Notes: generated by a model from the sequence alone, not told the origin. Positions 12,597 to 26,821 are shown, counted from the stretch's first letter. The stretch: DNA of 39,475 nt from Octopus bimaculoides (GCF_001194135.2 NC_068997.1:41432974-41472448); one strand, 5' to 3'. Numbers and translations: made by a program.

Positions 12597-13284
12597 ACAC
12601 ACACACATATACATAATCGAAAGCACGTTTCTTTGGTAAGCGAATATATGCACCCACGCATGCGCAACAGTGCATGTATATGCTTGTTAGTATCCATATG
12701 TATGAGTGCAGGAGACACACAGAAAACTGTGTTTCTATCTCTCTGTTACATAAATACGTATGTACAACTGTATATATCTGCATACTTGCAAACATACAAA
12801 TACATGTGCATATTGATTCTGTTATTTCCTCACACGCACCCTCAGTTTCCAGCCAGCACACACACACACACGCACACACATACACACACACACACACACA
12901 CATAATCTTCCACAAAAACACACTTATAAATACACCCCCACTCACGTTGCGAATCTGCACCCTTCATTCCACACGCATATAAATAGGACGTAAATAATTA
13001 ACCAGACATACATGAAACGATGGATATGGAATATATTACAGTTATATACTAAATGCACGTTGATAGATGCAGTGAGATGCAAGATGCAGCTTCATGCATC
13101 AGCTCACAAATAGATATTGTTCATGGAGTACATTTATTGAGTGCAATCACACCCATAACTACACGTTCGTGTACACACGCTCTGGTACGTTCTCTCCCTC
13201 TTTCACTGTCTGTTTGACTGGCTGTCTGTCAGTCTCTCTCTCTCTCTTTTCTCTCTCTCTCTCTCTCTCTCTCTATACATATAC

Positions 13285-13377
<93 letters not shown>

Positions 13378-13814
13378 CATACACATACACACACACATGC
13401 ACACACATACATATGAACACATGCATACACACAAACATACTCATTCGCACAGATGCACAGTTGCATGCACACGTAATTTTTTTATACTCATACACGCTCC
13501 TTGCCTGTCAGCCTGTCTGTCTCTCTCTCTCCCCCTCTCTCTCTCTTTCTCTCCCACTTCTTTCTCTAATATATCTACACATTCACTGCTGTGTGCTCAT
13601 AAAAACAGAAAGTACATCAGGCCCAATATGTACACATGCATATACAAATATACAACAAAATATACAACAGGCTCACATCACAGGATTCTGAATATAAACT
13701 TAGATATTGTTTCTGATTTAAGCACAAGGCGAACAGTTTTGACGGGTATGATTAATCGATTCTTTCCATCCCACTATTTGATTGGTAATTTAATTGATCG
13801 ATTCTGAATGGTTG

Positions 13815-13920
13815 AACGGCAAGGCCTGACCTCGTCGGTACTTGAACTCAGAACGCGAAGAGCCAGAACAAAACAAAAAACAAAAAGAATATCGCAAAGA
13901 GATGTTTCCAACGCTCAAAC
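13815..13920 (-). mobile_element. Partial degenerate SINE head, group A-related
   Basis: aaggcctgacctcgtcggtacttgaactcagaacg resembles the group A segment aaggtcgacctcggcggagtttgaactcagaacg. Confidence 0.5.
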
Positions 13921-14639
13921 GTTTCTTCCAGCTTTCTCCTTTTACAAGAAGAGCTAACATTACACACTTTAGGGAGACCCTATGTGGTCGTTCGGCTAGA
14001 AATAGCAGCCAGTTTTGCCTAAAATCAAATCATTTCCATTGGGAAGTTTGGAGGAAGTAGTTTTTGATATGCAAAACAATGGGACGGTCACGAGTGGAAC
14101 AACTTTGAACACATCTCTGCACAATGACCACAAGGACAATAACAACAACAGCAACAACAACAACTGCAACAGAAATCACAACTGCAACAGCGACAGCAGT
14201 GAAGCATGCACACACACATATACATAAGCAGATAAACGGGTACACAGATATAGAGAAATACACCTAGTTCCGCACACAAATATATAGATGAAGTTAAAGA
14301 AACAGCAGCAGATCGATGGGCTATCAATAACAGATATATAGAATAAGTAGAGAACAATAGGCAAATAACTATTAATAGATCTATGGATTCACCAAGATTA
14401 TCAGATTTGTGAATGACAAACAATATAAACTGGGCAACAAACGATAGCATTTGTTTATAGTAAAACAATGCGGTCTCAAGCCTCTCTTTCTCTTTCCCTC
14501 GCTCTCACTCCGGTTGTTTCACTGTGTGTGTGTGTGTGTGTGTGCATTCAATAATTTCATTCGGCTGTTTTATTTATATGATATTCATGTAGGATCACAC
14601 ACACACATGAATACATATATATATATATATATATACATT

Positions 14640-14738
<99 letters not shown>

Positions 14739-15218
14739 GCGCACACACACACACACATGCATATACCTCCATATCTATATGTTAGTGTGTATATACACAA
14801 TCACACACGCGCTCAAATGAAACGATGTTTGTTTTTCCGTCAACATTAAAATTAAAGAAGTCAATATTAGTTTATAACGTAGCGGAGAACGATAAACGTA
14901 TTAAATACTAACAATTACTGCTGAATGCAACAGTCGTTTCTTGTCAGAGTTTGCCAAAGTAATCTCCAACATTCAAAAGTACTTGGAAACGCTCGCATTG
15001 ACACTTTTCTTTGTACTTTCAACTAAAATTAAAAAAAAAAGAAAGACATACAAGCGTGCGCTCGCACAAATCCATCCATCCATCCATCTACATGTACATA
15101 TGTACATGTGTGTATGTGCTGTGCATGTGTGCATGTGCATGTATATGCATACACACACATGAATGTGTGCTTGCAGGGAGGAGGGGTTGCCCATGACGAT
15201 CACATATATGTGTGCGTG

Positions 15219-15261
<43 letters not shown>

Positions 15262-15568
15262 NNNNNNNNNNNNNNNNNNNNNNNNNNNNNNNNNNNNNNN
15301 NNNNNNNNNNNNNNNNNNNNNNNNNNNNNNNNNNNNNNNNNNNNNNNNNNNNNNNNNNNNNNNNNNNNNNNNNNNNNNNNNNNNNNNNNNNNNNNNNNNN
15401 NNNNNNNNNNNNNNNNNNNNNNNNNNNNNNNNNNNNNNNNNNNNNNNNNNNNNNNNNNNNNNNNNNNNNNNNNNNNNNTATATATGTATGTATGTATATA
15501 TATGTATGTATATATGCGTACATACATAAATAGCTATGTATCTATCTGTCTGTCTGTCTGTCTGTCTG

Positions 15569-15615
<47 letters not shown>

Positions 15616-16183
15616 ACTATTTGCAGGTAAATTTATAGTTCCGAAATTCTTAGAATAAAAGCCAAATGTTTACTCTATAATTCTATATTTGCGCTGCAAT
15701 TACATGGTAGATGCCACAAATAAACAGTAAACTGATTTAGTCGTCAGCTCGATGGTTAGCATACCCTACAACTATTGTGTTGTGGTTTTCATGCTCCAGT
15801 CAATTTACATTTAGTCCTTTTGAGTCGATAAAAACCAAGTGTCAAGGTCCCCTCTTCTCTGTCTGTCTCTCTCTCTGTGTCTTTCATTCTGTGTTGCTCC
15901 GTGAGAAAGGTCTAGGAAGGCCACTAATATTTCCTCTTTCCATAGAAATGCAGAAGAGATAAACTAGAGGTTGGCAACTTTTGTTCATAGGAAAACTGAT
16001 GTATGAGTGGACATCACTGATTTATGAGTGGATCTATCCAAGGACGAAAGGGAAATATGAAGATAAAAATAATAACATAAATATCGTGCAAATAATAGAA
16101 AAATACTTTTGTTGAACAAAACAGCATGACAAGATCGTTAGGCATGGCACGAATTCAAATCTAGAAGAATAATACAATGTAGT

Positions 16184-16405
16184 CTTTTGTACTATAGGCA
16201 TAAGGCCTGGAATTTTAGGATGGAGCTAAGATGCCAGTCGATTACACCGACTCCGGTGCTCTAACTGGTATCTTTTTTCATCGATTCTGAAAGGATGAAA
16301 GGCAAAGTCGATATTAGCGCAATTTGAACTCAGAAAGTATAAACGGACGAAATGATGTTAAGCATTTTGTTCGGTGTGCTAACGATTATACCAGCTTGCT
16401 GCCGT
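16184..16405 (-). mobile_element. tRNA-headed SINE, group A, variant 3' tail
   Basis: Core gaaaggatgaaaggcaaagtcga...aatttgaactcagaa is shared with other copies. 15-bp target-site duplication ataatacaat(g/a)tagt at 16169-16183 and 16406-16420. Confidence 0.88.
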
Positions 16406-17037
16406 ATAATACAATATAGTATAGCTAAAATGAAATTATTCTAGAAAATATAAAAGAGCATATATATATATCAGATATATAGTTGTATTGAATATATTTT
16501 CTTTTCACACAAGTTAGTAATTCTTTACATACGTGCATGCATACATACAGGCATATATACATACATACACACATACATATGCATACGTACATACATGCAT
16601 ACGTACATACATACATTTACATACATGCCTACAAACATACATATATACATATACATACATAAACATGCATACACACATATATACATACATGCATACCTGC
16701 ATTCACACACACACACACACACTCACACACACATGCACATTAGTGCGCATGTGCGAATTGGTAGAGTTTTAAGAGCAACAAATCGAAAGTTTTGAAGTAT
16801 TTGCTGCGTTCAAATCTCGTTAAGGTCAACTTAGCCATTCGTCCCTGAAATATCGCGAAAAAACGTACAAGCCGAGAGTGAGAAATGAACAGATCTGATA
16901 CAGCATCGGACATGATGCCTTGTGGCATCAGTTCTCATTCTCCTCGTTATGCGTTCAAAATGTCCAGCCTACTGGAACCGCAGCGACAGTAAGGTTATTG
17001 TGAACCACTGACACGGTACAAAGACACAGAAATAGGA

Positions 17038-17094
<57 letters not shown>

Positions 17095-18145
17095 CGTGTG
17101 AAACTTCAAGAAAATCTCAAAATCTAAATTAGAGACACATAAATATATACATATCTGTGTGTGTGTGAGTGAGTGTGTGTTTGCAGGACTGTTTAAAGAA
17201 GTGAGAGAATTAGAACTCAATACTTAAGACAGAGTGATAATATTACGTTATTATAGCAATTATAACGTTATTATAACTAAGAAACTGTATTAGTGCCCTA
17301 AGCACCAAGAGGTACATGATAAGTGCTTTCGTACGAAACTCTCGGACCCTTGAATTAGCAATGAACTTCACAGCTTGATAAAATGAGATATATATATATG
17401 TATTTATATATATATATATANNNNNNNNNNNNNNNNNNNNNNNNNNNNNNNNNNNNNNNNNNNNNNNNNNNNNNNNNNNNNNNNNNNNNNNNNNNNNNNN
17501 NNNNNNNNNNNNNNNNNNNNNNNNNNNNNNNNNNNNNNNNNNNNNNNNNNNNNNNNNNNNNNNNNNNNNNNNNNNNNNNNNNNNNNNNNNNNNNNNNNNN
17601 NNNNNNNNNNNNNNNNNNNNNNNNNNNNNNNNNNNNNNNNNNNNNNNNNNNNNNNNNNNNNNNNNNNNNNNNNNNNNNNNNNNNNNNNNNNNNNNNNNNN
17701 NNNNNNNNNNNNNNNNNNNNNNNNNNNNNNNNNNNNNNNNNNNNNNNNNNNNNNNNNNNNNNNNNNNNNNNNNNNNNNNNNNNNNNNNNNNNNNNNNNNN
17801 NNNNNNNNNNNNNNNNNNNNNNNNNNNNNNNNNNNNNNNNNNNNNNNNNNNNNNNNNNNNNNNNNNNNNNNNNNNNNNNNNNNNNNNNNNNNNNNNNNNN
17901 NNNNNNNNNNNNNNNNNNNNNNNNNNNNNNNNNNNNNNNNNNNNNNNNNNNNNNNNNNNNNNNNNNNNNNNNNNNNNNNNNNNNNNNNNNNNNNNNNNNN
18001 NNNNNNNNNNNNNNNNNNNNNNNNNNNNNNNNNNNNNNNNNNNNNNNNNNNNNNNNNNNNNNNNNNNNNNNNNNNNNNNNNNNNNNNNNNNNNNNNNNNN
18101 NNNNNNNNNNNNNNNNNNNNNNNNNNNNNNNNNNNNNNNNNNNNN

Positions 18146-18196
<51 letters not shown>

Positions 18197-18361
18197 CATT
18201 ATACGTAATAGATATATTTATTAACATATAAAAAATATATAAGCTCTACATGAAGCAACAGGTTTTTAACATTGAACACATAAGCACACACACACACACC
18301 CATGTAGAGGGAGGGATAGAAAGAGAGAGTGAGAGATAGTGTGTGTCTGTGAGAAAGAGAG

Positions 18362-18396
<35 letters not shown>

Positions 18397-18483
18397 AAAG
18401 GAAGCATATGCATACAATATCGTATATACACGGTCTAAAATAGATAAACACAAATACATACACATGCAAATGTGTTTGTTTGC

Positions 18484-18521
<38 letters not shown>

Positions 18522-19042
18522 ATATACATATATACATATATTTGTTTATATGCATGTATCTATTCTGCACGTGTAAGTATGTTTGTATACATGTGCATGT
18601 GCTTATCAGTATATCGACATATACGTGTATGTACATGGTCGTGCGTTTATCTGATAAATTAGAGAAGCATGGATCGATTCCCAGCGGGGATGATATTGTA
18701 CTTTTTCATCACGAAATAATTTGTTTTGTTTTTATTAAACATTTTAGCTGAGGAATTCATAATTATTTCTGGCATCTATGGATTGATACATACATATGTA
18801 TATATGTAAGTAGATTGCCTGCCTCTTATTTTTACCATAGCTCCATAGCATACACACACACACGCGCACACACACACACACACACACACACTCACCCCCC
18901 CCCATATATATATATATATATATGAATACATATATATATATATATGGATTGATAGATAGATAAATAGATGGATACATGTATGTATGTATAGGTATATAAA
19001 TATATATGTATATGTATCGATAGATAGATGTATGTATACCCA

Positions 19043-19099
<57 letters not shown>

Positions 19100-19124
19100 G
19101 TAACTGCTTTTTTTTTTCATTCTC

Positions 19125-19280
19125 TCTCCATTTTCCCTCTTATTCCTTTCTGTCGAAGAGCGTAGGCTCGAAACGTAAAAGACTTTTACATTCTTCTCGA
19201 GCGTCAAACTTATACACCTGCTTGTTGTTCCTACACCCGCCTTCGTCTTTTGTTTTTCTGTAAACTTCAACTATATGCAT
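19125..19280 (+). mobile_element. Short PLE-terminus-like element carrying a minimal hammerhead-like motif
   Basis: CTTT-CTGTCGA-A-GAGC-GTAG-GCTC-GAAA-C-GTA-AAAG at 19146-19181, then gagcgtcaaacttatac and a T-rich tail. Homologous to 30069 and 34600. Confidence 0.65.
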
Positions 19281-20522
19281 ATATNNNNNNNNNNNNNNNN
19301 NNNNNNNNNNNNNNNNNNNNNNNNNNNNNNNNNNNNNNNNNNNNNNNNNNNNNNNNNNNNNNNNNNNNNNNNNNNNNNNNNNNNNNNNNNNNNNNNNNNN
19401 NNNNNNNNNNNNNNNNNNNNNNNNNNNNNNNNNNNNNNNNNNNNNNNNNNNNNNNNNNNNNNNNNNNNNNNNNNNNNNNNNNNNNNNNNNNNNNNNNNNN
19501 NNNNNNNNNNNNNNNNNNNNNNNNNNNNNNNNNNNNNNNNNNNNNNNNNNNNNNNNNNNNNNNNNNNNNNNNNNNNNNNNNNNNNNNNNNNNNNNNNNNN
19601 NNNNNNNNNNNNNNNNNNNNNNNNNNNNNNNNNNNNNNNNNNNNNNNNNNNNNNNNNNNNNNNNNNNNNNNNNNNNNNNNNNNNNNNNNNNNNNNNNNNN
19701 NNNNNNNNNNNNNNNNNNNNNNNNNNNNNNNNNNNNNNNNNNNNNNNNNNNNNNNNNNNNNNNNNACACACACACACACACACACACACACATGCACACA
19801 TGTGCATATATTGAGTACATTTAAATGTGTTTACCTCCAATAAAACTTCTATAATATATAAACTGAAGGGCGTTCAGTTTACACATTTTACTAGTTCATT
19901 TGTTTGGTGCAGCTTTTACAGGCTCCGTCATTGTGGAACATTCTATTTTAAAAGCGATTCTGTGTTAATTTAGTAAAATATTTGATTAATAAAATCTTAC
20001 GAGAGTATTTAGTGTTTTAAAGGCCTATAATTAAACATGTCACATTTGAAGTTGGTTGAGAAACAAACAAAAAATAGCTAATTGTGAGTACCTCCACGAT
20101 ATTTTGGTCGAAAGTTAGTTGTGGACAAGTTTGACGCGGACAGTCACCATATCCCGGCATGGCCGAAAGCCGAGAGAAAGTTACAAGTAAACATCGACGG
20201 GATATATATATAACTTATCTTGATTTGGAAGTGAAGAGCGCTCGTCGGGTAGTGCATATATATATATATATATACACACATACACATACATATACCTATA
20301 CGTACACATGCATATACCTATACATATGCATATATGAATATAAATAGATAAACAGATTGATAGAAAGATAGATAGAAAAATAGATATGCAAACATGCATG
20401 CACATACATATTTAGATATATAAACAGACAAATACATAAACAAACATTTATGGGAATACACGCTTGTGCATCGAAGTACTGAAATCATGTATGTATATAT
20501 GTATGTATATATGTGTATATAC

Positions 20523-20553
<31 letters not shown>

Positions 20554-21184
20554 TGTATGTATGTATGTATGCATGTATGTATGTATGTATGTATGTATCA
20601 TGGTTCAGAAACTGAGTAATAACGGAATTAATCGGCGACTAATTACTAATTAATATAAACTCTGGCTTATTCTCACCTTTTGTAAACAAACACTCTTTTC
20701 NNNNNNNNNNNNNNNNNNNNNNNNNNNNNNNNNNNNNNNNNNNNNNNNNNNNNNNNNNNNNNNNNNNNNNNNNNNNNNNNNNNNNNNNNNNNNNNNNNNN
20801 NNNNNNNNNNNNNNNNNNNNNNNNNNNNNNNNNNNNNNNNNNNNNNNNNNNNNNNNNNNNNNNNNNNNNNNNNNNNNNNNNNNNNNNNNNNNNNNNNNNN
20901 NNNNNNNNNNNNNNNNNNNNNNNNNNNNNNNNNNNNNNNNNNNNNNNNNNNNNNNNNNNNNNNNNNNNNNNNNNNNNNNNNNNNNNNNNNNNNNNNNNNN
21001 NNNNNNNNNNNNNNNNNNNNNNNNNNNNNNNNNNNNNNNNNNNNNNNNNNNNNNNNNNNNNNNNNNNNNNNNNNNNNNNNNNNNNNNNNNNNNNNNNNNN
21101 NNNNNNNNNNNNNNNNNNNNNTATATATATATACATATATATATGCATATGCGCACAAAATAAGTACAGATTTACTTCGTTGAT

Positions 21185-21215
<31 letters not shown>

Positions 21216-21407
21216 GTATATATATGTGTGTGTGTGTATGTATGTATGCATGTGTGTATGTATGTATGTATATATATATATATACATAATACCGAATGTC
21301 CAGTAATAAAAAAAAACCTACCAAGTTGAAGTAAAACAAGGAAAAGCGTCGACGCCAAAAGCATCTATAGTTACGGCAACAACAACAACGAAAAACAATG
21401 TGCTTAC

Positions 21408-21660
21408 CTATTGTTGTTGTTGTTTTTCCCTGATGAGATATGGGGCAGTGGTAGAGTGTGAAAGGATTAGCAGTTGGTTCGAGTTCGGGGTGAAATGCAA
21501 AGGGTACTTTTGATGTTTCTTGCAGTGAAAGAGAGCGACTAGTCGTGTGTGCAATGTCATTGCATCTCGCTACTACTGCCGGAGATGTGTGTGCACTAGA
21601 GAAGGAGATACGCCAGTGATGGAGGAGAGAGTGTGTAAAATCCTCCGCCAGCATGCCAGT
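21408..21660 (-). other. Candidate non-coding (5' UTR-like) exon
   Basis: Non-repetitive, relatively GC-rich block ending in a consensus donor AG|GTAAGC (reverse complement of gcttacct, 21402-21409). No recognisable protein; the upstream boundary is uncertain. Confidence 0.3.
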
Positions 21661-21823
21661 CAGCCAGCAAGCCAGAGAGCAAGGCAGACAGACAGACAGG
21701 CGGACAGGCCGGCAGACAGGCGGACTGGCAGTCAGGCAGACAGTCGGACAGTCAGTCAGTGTTTTTACATGTGATGACGCTGTAGTGAAACCGCATCCTC
21801 CCTACAACAGACTGCACTTTTTC

Positions 21824-21872
<49 letters not shown>

Positions 21873-22074
21873 CCTCTCCTTCTCTCTCTCTCTCTCTTTC
21901 TCTCTTCCCCCCTCTCTCTCTCTCTTTGTTGTGTCTTCTGTACATACGCAACAGCCAGACAGACAGGCAGAGAGATGAACAGACGGACAGACGGACATAA
22001 AGAAAGAGTGAGAGAGAGAGAGAGATACATAGCAACGTGGCCTTAGTTCAATACTTCTTCCTACACACACAACA

Positions 22075-22129
22075 GCACCATTATCATCATCGTCATCATC
22101 ATCGTCGTCGTCGTCAGCATCACCACCAC

Positions 22130-22161
<32 letters not shown>

Positions 22162-22235
22162 CCATCATCATCATGATCACCGTCACTTTCATCATCATCA
22201 TCATCATCACCATTATCATCATCATCGTCAATGAC
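22075..22235. repeat. (CAT/CAC/CGT)n trinucleotide microsatellite
   Basis: Direct reading. The poly-His and poly-Met ORFs are artefacts. Confidence 0.9.
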
Positions 22236-22903
22236 AACATCAATGGTGCATTGCTTTTCTTATATACACAACTGTAGCTCTTTCATTGTTTTACTTTCTC
22301 TTTTTTTCCTTTTTTGTTTTGTTTTGTTTTTGAGATTCTTAACTCTTCTCACTCACCCTCTCTTTATTTTTTCTCTCTTTATTTTTTCTCTCTCTCTCTC
22401 TCTCTTTCTCTCATTCACTCCGTCAATCAGTCAACGTCTCTCTTTTTGTCTCTCTTTTCCTTCTTTCTTTGGCTCTCTCTTTTTCTCTATGCATGACTGT
22501 TGGATGCTGTATCTTCTATCTATCTATCTGTCATTCTGTCTGTCTATATAAGTATATAGTGTGTATGTATGTATATATATATGCATGTATGTATGCATGA
22601 ACATATATATATGTTCATGCACACATATGTTCATGAATATATATATATATATATATATATANNNNNNNNNNNNNNNNNNNNNNNNNNNNNNNNNNNNNNN
22701 NNNNNNNNNNNNNATATATACATGTGTGTACGTATGTGTGTGTATACACATACCTATTACATATGCATACACACAAAACATGCATATAACATATATACAT
22801 ATATAATATATATACACACACACACATATATATATATATAATATATGTATATATATATAAAATGTATATAAGCATTTGTGCGTGCGTGTGAATACGTGCG
22901 CGT

Positions 22904-22949
<46 letters not shown>

Positions 22950-23944
22950 ATGTATGTATATGCATCGGTAAAGGTAATTAAAGATGTATGTATGCATGTA
23001 TGTATGTCTATATTTATCTATATACATACACACATACATGCATACATTCTTATGTACGTACGTATTTATGTATATGTGTATGTGTGTATGTTTGTGTGTG
23101 TGTACGAAAGCAATGACCACAAAAAAGACAACACGAAAGGGAGGGACAAGTTTTAACAATCGCATTGGTTCAATGCTCACAAACGCGTCCGCGCGAGCAC
23201 TGACACCCAGACACGTTTATATTCTTATACAAAAGTGCACAGTTATAAACCAATAGATAAATATATATATACGCACCAATATAGAAAATGCACACAAAAT
23301 ACGCGCGCTCGTATGTCCACACTGGCATAGACATCAATAAAGTTATACACATGCACACAACATATGTACATACAAATACACATATATGTATATATGATAA
23401 ACTAAATTATAAGGATTTATACTAGAAAATAAAATACATATACTTATTTGTACACACACAGACACACACACAAACGCATATACACAAATATTTGCATTTG
23501 TACAATAGATTGAGTGTGATGAATTTGTTATTAGAAAACATGCATAGGTGTCAACATCAATTTATGATCGGGAAAAGATAAAAGAAAAGAGAGAAAATAT
23601 AATCGACGGTGAGGAATCGAACCCTCTCCCTCTCTCTCTCTGGCATACTAAATAAAAGTGCTACTAGTTACATGACACTGAGTTTGTGTTCCTTTGCCCC
23701 TCAAACCTTCTTAATGGAAGCATCATGTGAAACACACGCACACAGCTCCCTCTCTTTCTCAATCTATATATAAAAATAATCTATGTGAGTATTGTATNNN
23801 NNNNNNNNNNNNNNNNNNNNNNNNNNNNNNNNNNNNNNNNNNNNNNNNNNNNTATAGATATATACACGCACATTGTTGTTCATTAAGTTTTTCTAAACCA
23901 GAAAAATAAAAACAAAACAGACATTCGTATATTAGGTAGCGGAG

Positions 23945-25315
23945 TGCTTATATACATTTGGTCCCGGTCACATAAACTAGGACAAAGTGTAAAAGTTAGA
24001 CGTATTGTCTGCAATATTAACAGACCTTTCTACAAAATTTTTGGGCTTCTGTCTATTATTCTGAAGCCACTACTTCAAATCTTCTCAGGACATGTTGAAA
24101 GCTCCGCCGAAATCATCAGCAAACTGAGAGATCTCAACCCATCCATACTTAGAAAAAAATTACCCTTTTAGCTTAAACGCTGTTTTCGCTAAACGCCTCT
24201 GCCCCTGCAATCCCAGCTATTAACTTGCTAACTGAACACATTGCTTCATTTCTTTTTACAAACTTAACGGTTTGGGGCTTACAGCTCCAAATATCTCTGA
24301 ACTATTGACAACTGGAATGGACAACACTTTCTTCCAGTTCGATGGGTCGATTTACAAACAAATCTCTGAACTGCTGATGGGACTAAGCTTGTCAGGCCTA
24401 CTGGCCATCGCATACATGGACCAGTTAGCAGGCAAGGCACTCAGCAGCTCTTACTCCTGTGATTTTTTTTGCCAGGTTTGTGGATAACATTTTCATATTA
24501 ACATCATCAGGTGAGGAGGCTGTTAAAATAGTATGTTCAGCAATATCAATGAACATATAAATTTGAAGTGAAGCACCCCAACAACACTGGCTCCTTATAT
24601 CTGCTTGATTTTGAACTCAAAATCACCGAGAACAGATCCACCTCCATTAACTTTCACAAAAAAAAAACCGACATTCAAAAGCTTATTTGTGTATTATAAG
24701 TCAATGTTGCTAGTCCGGGCAACGACGACCTTTATTAAAAATGAAATCCACAAGATACGCAGCAAATGCAACGAAGCAGGAAGCAAAAACACCAACACCT
24801 TCCAATTTCAAAAAGTCCTGATGAAGAATGGCTATCCATACTCTTTCACTAAGGATAACGTGTTTTTGAAACTGCTTCATTTTGACGAAAAAACAATCGC
24901 TGCAATCCACCATGCGATCCGTAAGGAGGGGTTGCATAAACGACTAGTACATACCGGATCTTCTCTGAGGAGGGTCCAAAGTAAAAACTGGCCAAGGCAA
25001 AACAACATCTTATGTACGACCCCCAGTTGTTCGATAAAAGATGAATATCTGTGTCTGTGGTCTCATATGTAGCAAATACAATGAATTTTAATTGGAAGAA
25101 CCATCAGACAAATTCATATCAGGTTTAATAAGTACCCTTATGTTACTGCTTCTTCGGTCAAAAACATCTTCGAAAATCCACACGCAAGACATCCAAGTTC
25201 TGATTGAAGATAAAGAAAGAAACATTGGGAACCTGAGAATAAATGAAGCTATTTTAATTAACAGATACTACTCGCATATTAATAACAGATCCGGGTTGTG
25301 TGCTGTCGATTGACT
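23945..25315 (+). mobile_element. Decayed, largely complete Penelope-like element (RT + GIY-YIG)
   Basis: IWSRSHKLGQSVKVRRIVCNINRPFYKIFGLLSIILKPLL (RT N-terminal), DNTFFQFDGSIYKQISELLMGLSLSGLLAIAYMDQL (QxxGxxMGxxLS motif), FARFVDNIF (RYVDD), LYLLDFEL, then IGRTIRQIHIRF and NLRINEAILIN...INNR (GIY-YIG). Many frameshifts. Confidence 0.88.
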
Positions 25316-25342
25316 ACTTTAGCAACACAAATCAACCCTTTA

Positions 25343-25391
<49 letters not shown>

Positions 25392-25544
25392 CAAGACAGA
25401 GAAGTTAACAAACAACCTATTCTCCTTAGATTTCCTGAAGGGGTCCTGACCATGAAAAATTGAAATACTGGATAAAACAATCGACCTGTATTCTTTTCAT
25501 AACTTGCATTGTGTTGACTTAAAAAATATAAACATTTACGCATG

Positions 25545-25600
<56 letters not shown>

Positions 25601-25959
25601 AGAAAATAGAATCCCGCGATGGCCTGCACCGGCAAGATGCTGCAACTGAAAAAGTACAGTGAAACTGACGTAGAGAGTGGAGTATCCAACGTTTCGGATA
25701 GGATACAGTTGTCAAGAAGGAGAAGAAAATAGCAGAGTTTAAATTCTCTATCACTGAGCGTCAACCTACAACTGGCGAGGAACATAAATCAAATTAACGT
25801 GCATACGTAAACAGGAAGTCGTCGGAGAGAGATACTAGGTGCGGGAGGGAGGGAAAACGATAGAGAAATAAAAGGGTGAGATGGAGGAAAAATTAAGTTG
25901 AGGGTGAATTTGAAGGATAAAAATGCAACTAAGAAGTGGGTTTAAAAGTGGGCGGAAAT

Positions 25960-26361
25960 GCGTTAATTCAAAAAGGTCACTGCTACGGTTATGTGTTTGG
26001 ACAAGAAATATTGTTCTTTCTGTTTTCTTGATTATCGCGATCTATGATATTCATATATGCCACACACTGATTAATGGAGAATGCAATGGCCCATTGTGTT
26101 GAAGTGGGTAGTGACAGGCTGGCCTTGCATACGTTGTAATGGACTTCGAGAGTTCTCACAAAAGCGATCGGGAAGGCGACGGCCTGTTTCTACAATGTAG
26201 GGCGCTCCACAAATTTGGCAAACGATGCAATATATGAGGTTGGAAGTTATGCAGTAGATGCTGCATACTGTCTCTGGTGTGAAGATCTTCGTAGATACCC
26301 ACAATAGGACAATAATTTCCTGGATGTCCGCTTCTTTGCCTCGTGTCCATCTAGATTTCAT
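25960..26361 (-). mobile_element. Penelope-like GIY-YIG endonuclease fragment (3' end of a PLE)
   Basis: ORF 26071-26361: CITSNLIYCIVCQICGAPYIVETGRRLPDRFCE...QPVTTHFNTMGH, matching NLIYCI.C..C...YIGETGR.L..RF.EH...PVA.HFN..GH. Confidence 0.88.
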
Positions 26362-26458
26362 GAATTCTGGTGAACCCTAAGGTTTTGTTACGTCACCCAC
26401 ACTTTTTTTTTCTGGACGTTAATGATCTACTTTCTATTACTGTTAATGTTGGAATAGC

Positions 26459-26690
26459 GGAGGCATGTGGCTTCGTGGTTAGTGTGTTGCATTCATGATC
26501 GTAAGATTGTGATTTCGATTCCTGGACCGGGCGACGCGTTGTGTTCTTGAGTAAACACTTCATTTCACGTTGCTCAAGTCCACTCAACTGGAAACAAAAA
26601 TGAGTAATCCTGCGACAGATCAGTCGGGGAACATATGCTCCAGGAAAACCGGGAAACCGGCTCTAAGAGTCTGTATGACTCTGGAAGTAT
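26459..26690 (+). mobile_element. tRNA-headed SINE, group C
   Basis: ggaggcatgtggcttcgtggttagtgtg...gatttcgattcctggaccggg (A and B boxes), then cgttgtgttcttgag, shared with the 12283-12477 copy. Confidence 0.75.
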
Positions 26691-26821
26691 CATTATCCTT
26701 TTTATGATGTAGGAATAAATGTTACATCGCCAGCAAACCCATTTGGAAGTGCTTGGATATGTATGGATAGGCGTTAACTAGGTTCGGTCTTACTTGAAAG
26801 CAAAGATAAGAGGTATAAGAA

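Noticed and set aside
14015-14227. Asn-rich ORF as a coding exon
   Set aside because: It is built on a (CAA)n-type repeat and runs into (CA)n, with no convincing splice sites.
14938-14985. Possible 31-nt microexon (ttgtcag|...|gtactt)
   Set aside because: Weak donor and a length not divisible by three; no other support.
21431-21475. CTGATGAG...GTGAAAG as a hammerhead ribozyme
   Set aside because: The bases after CTGATGA do not pair with those before GAAA, so no stem II forms.
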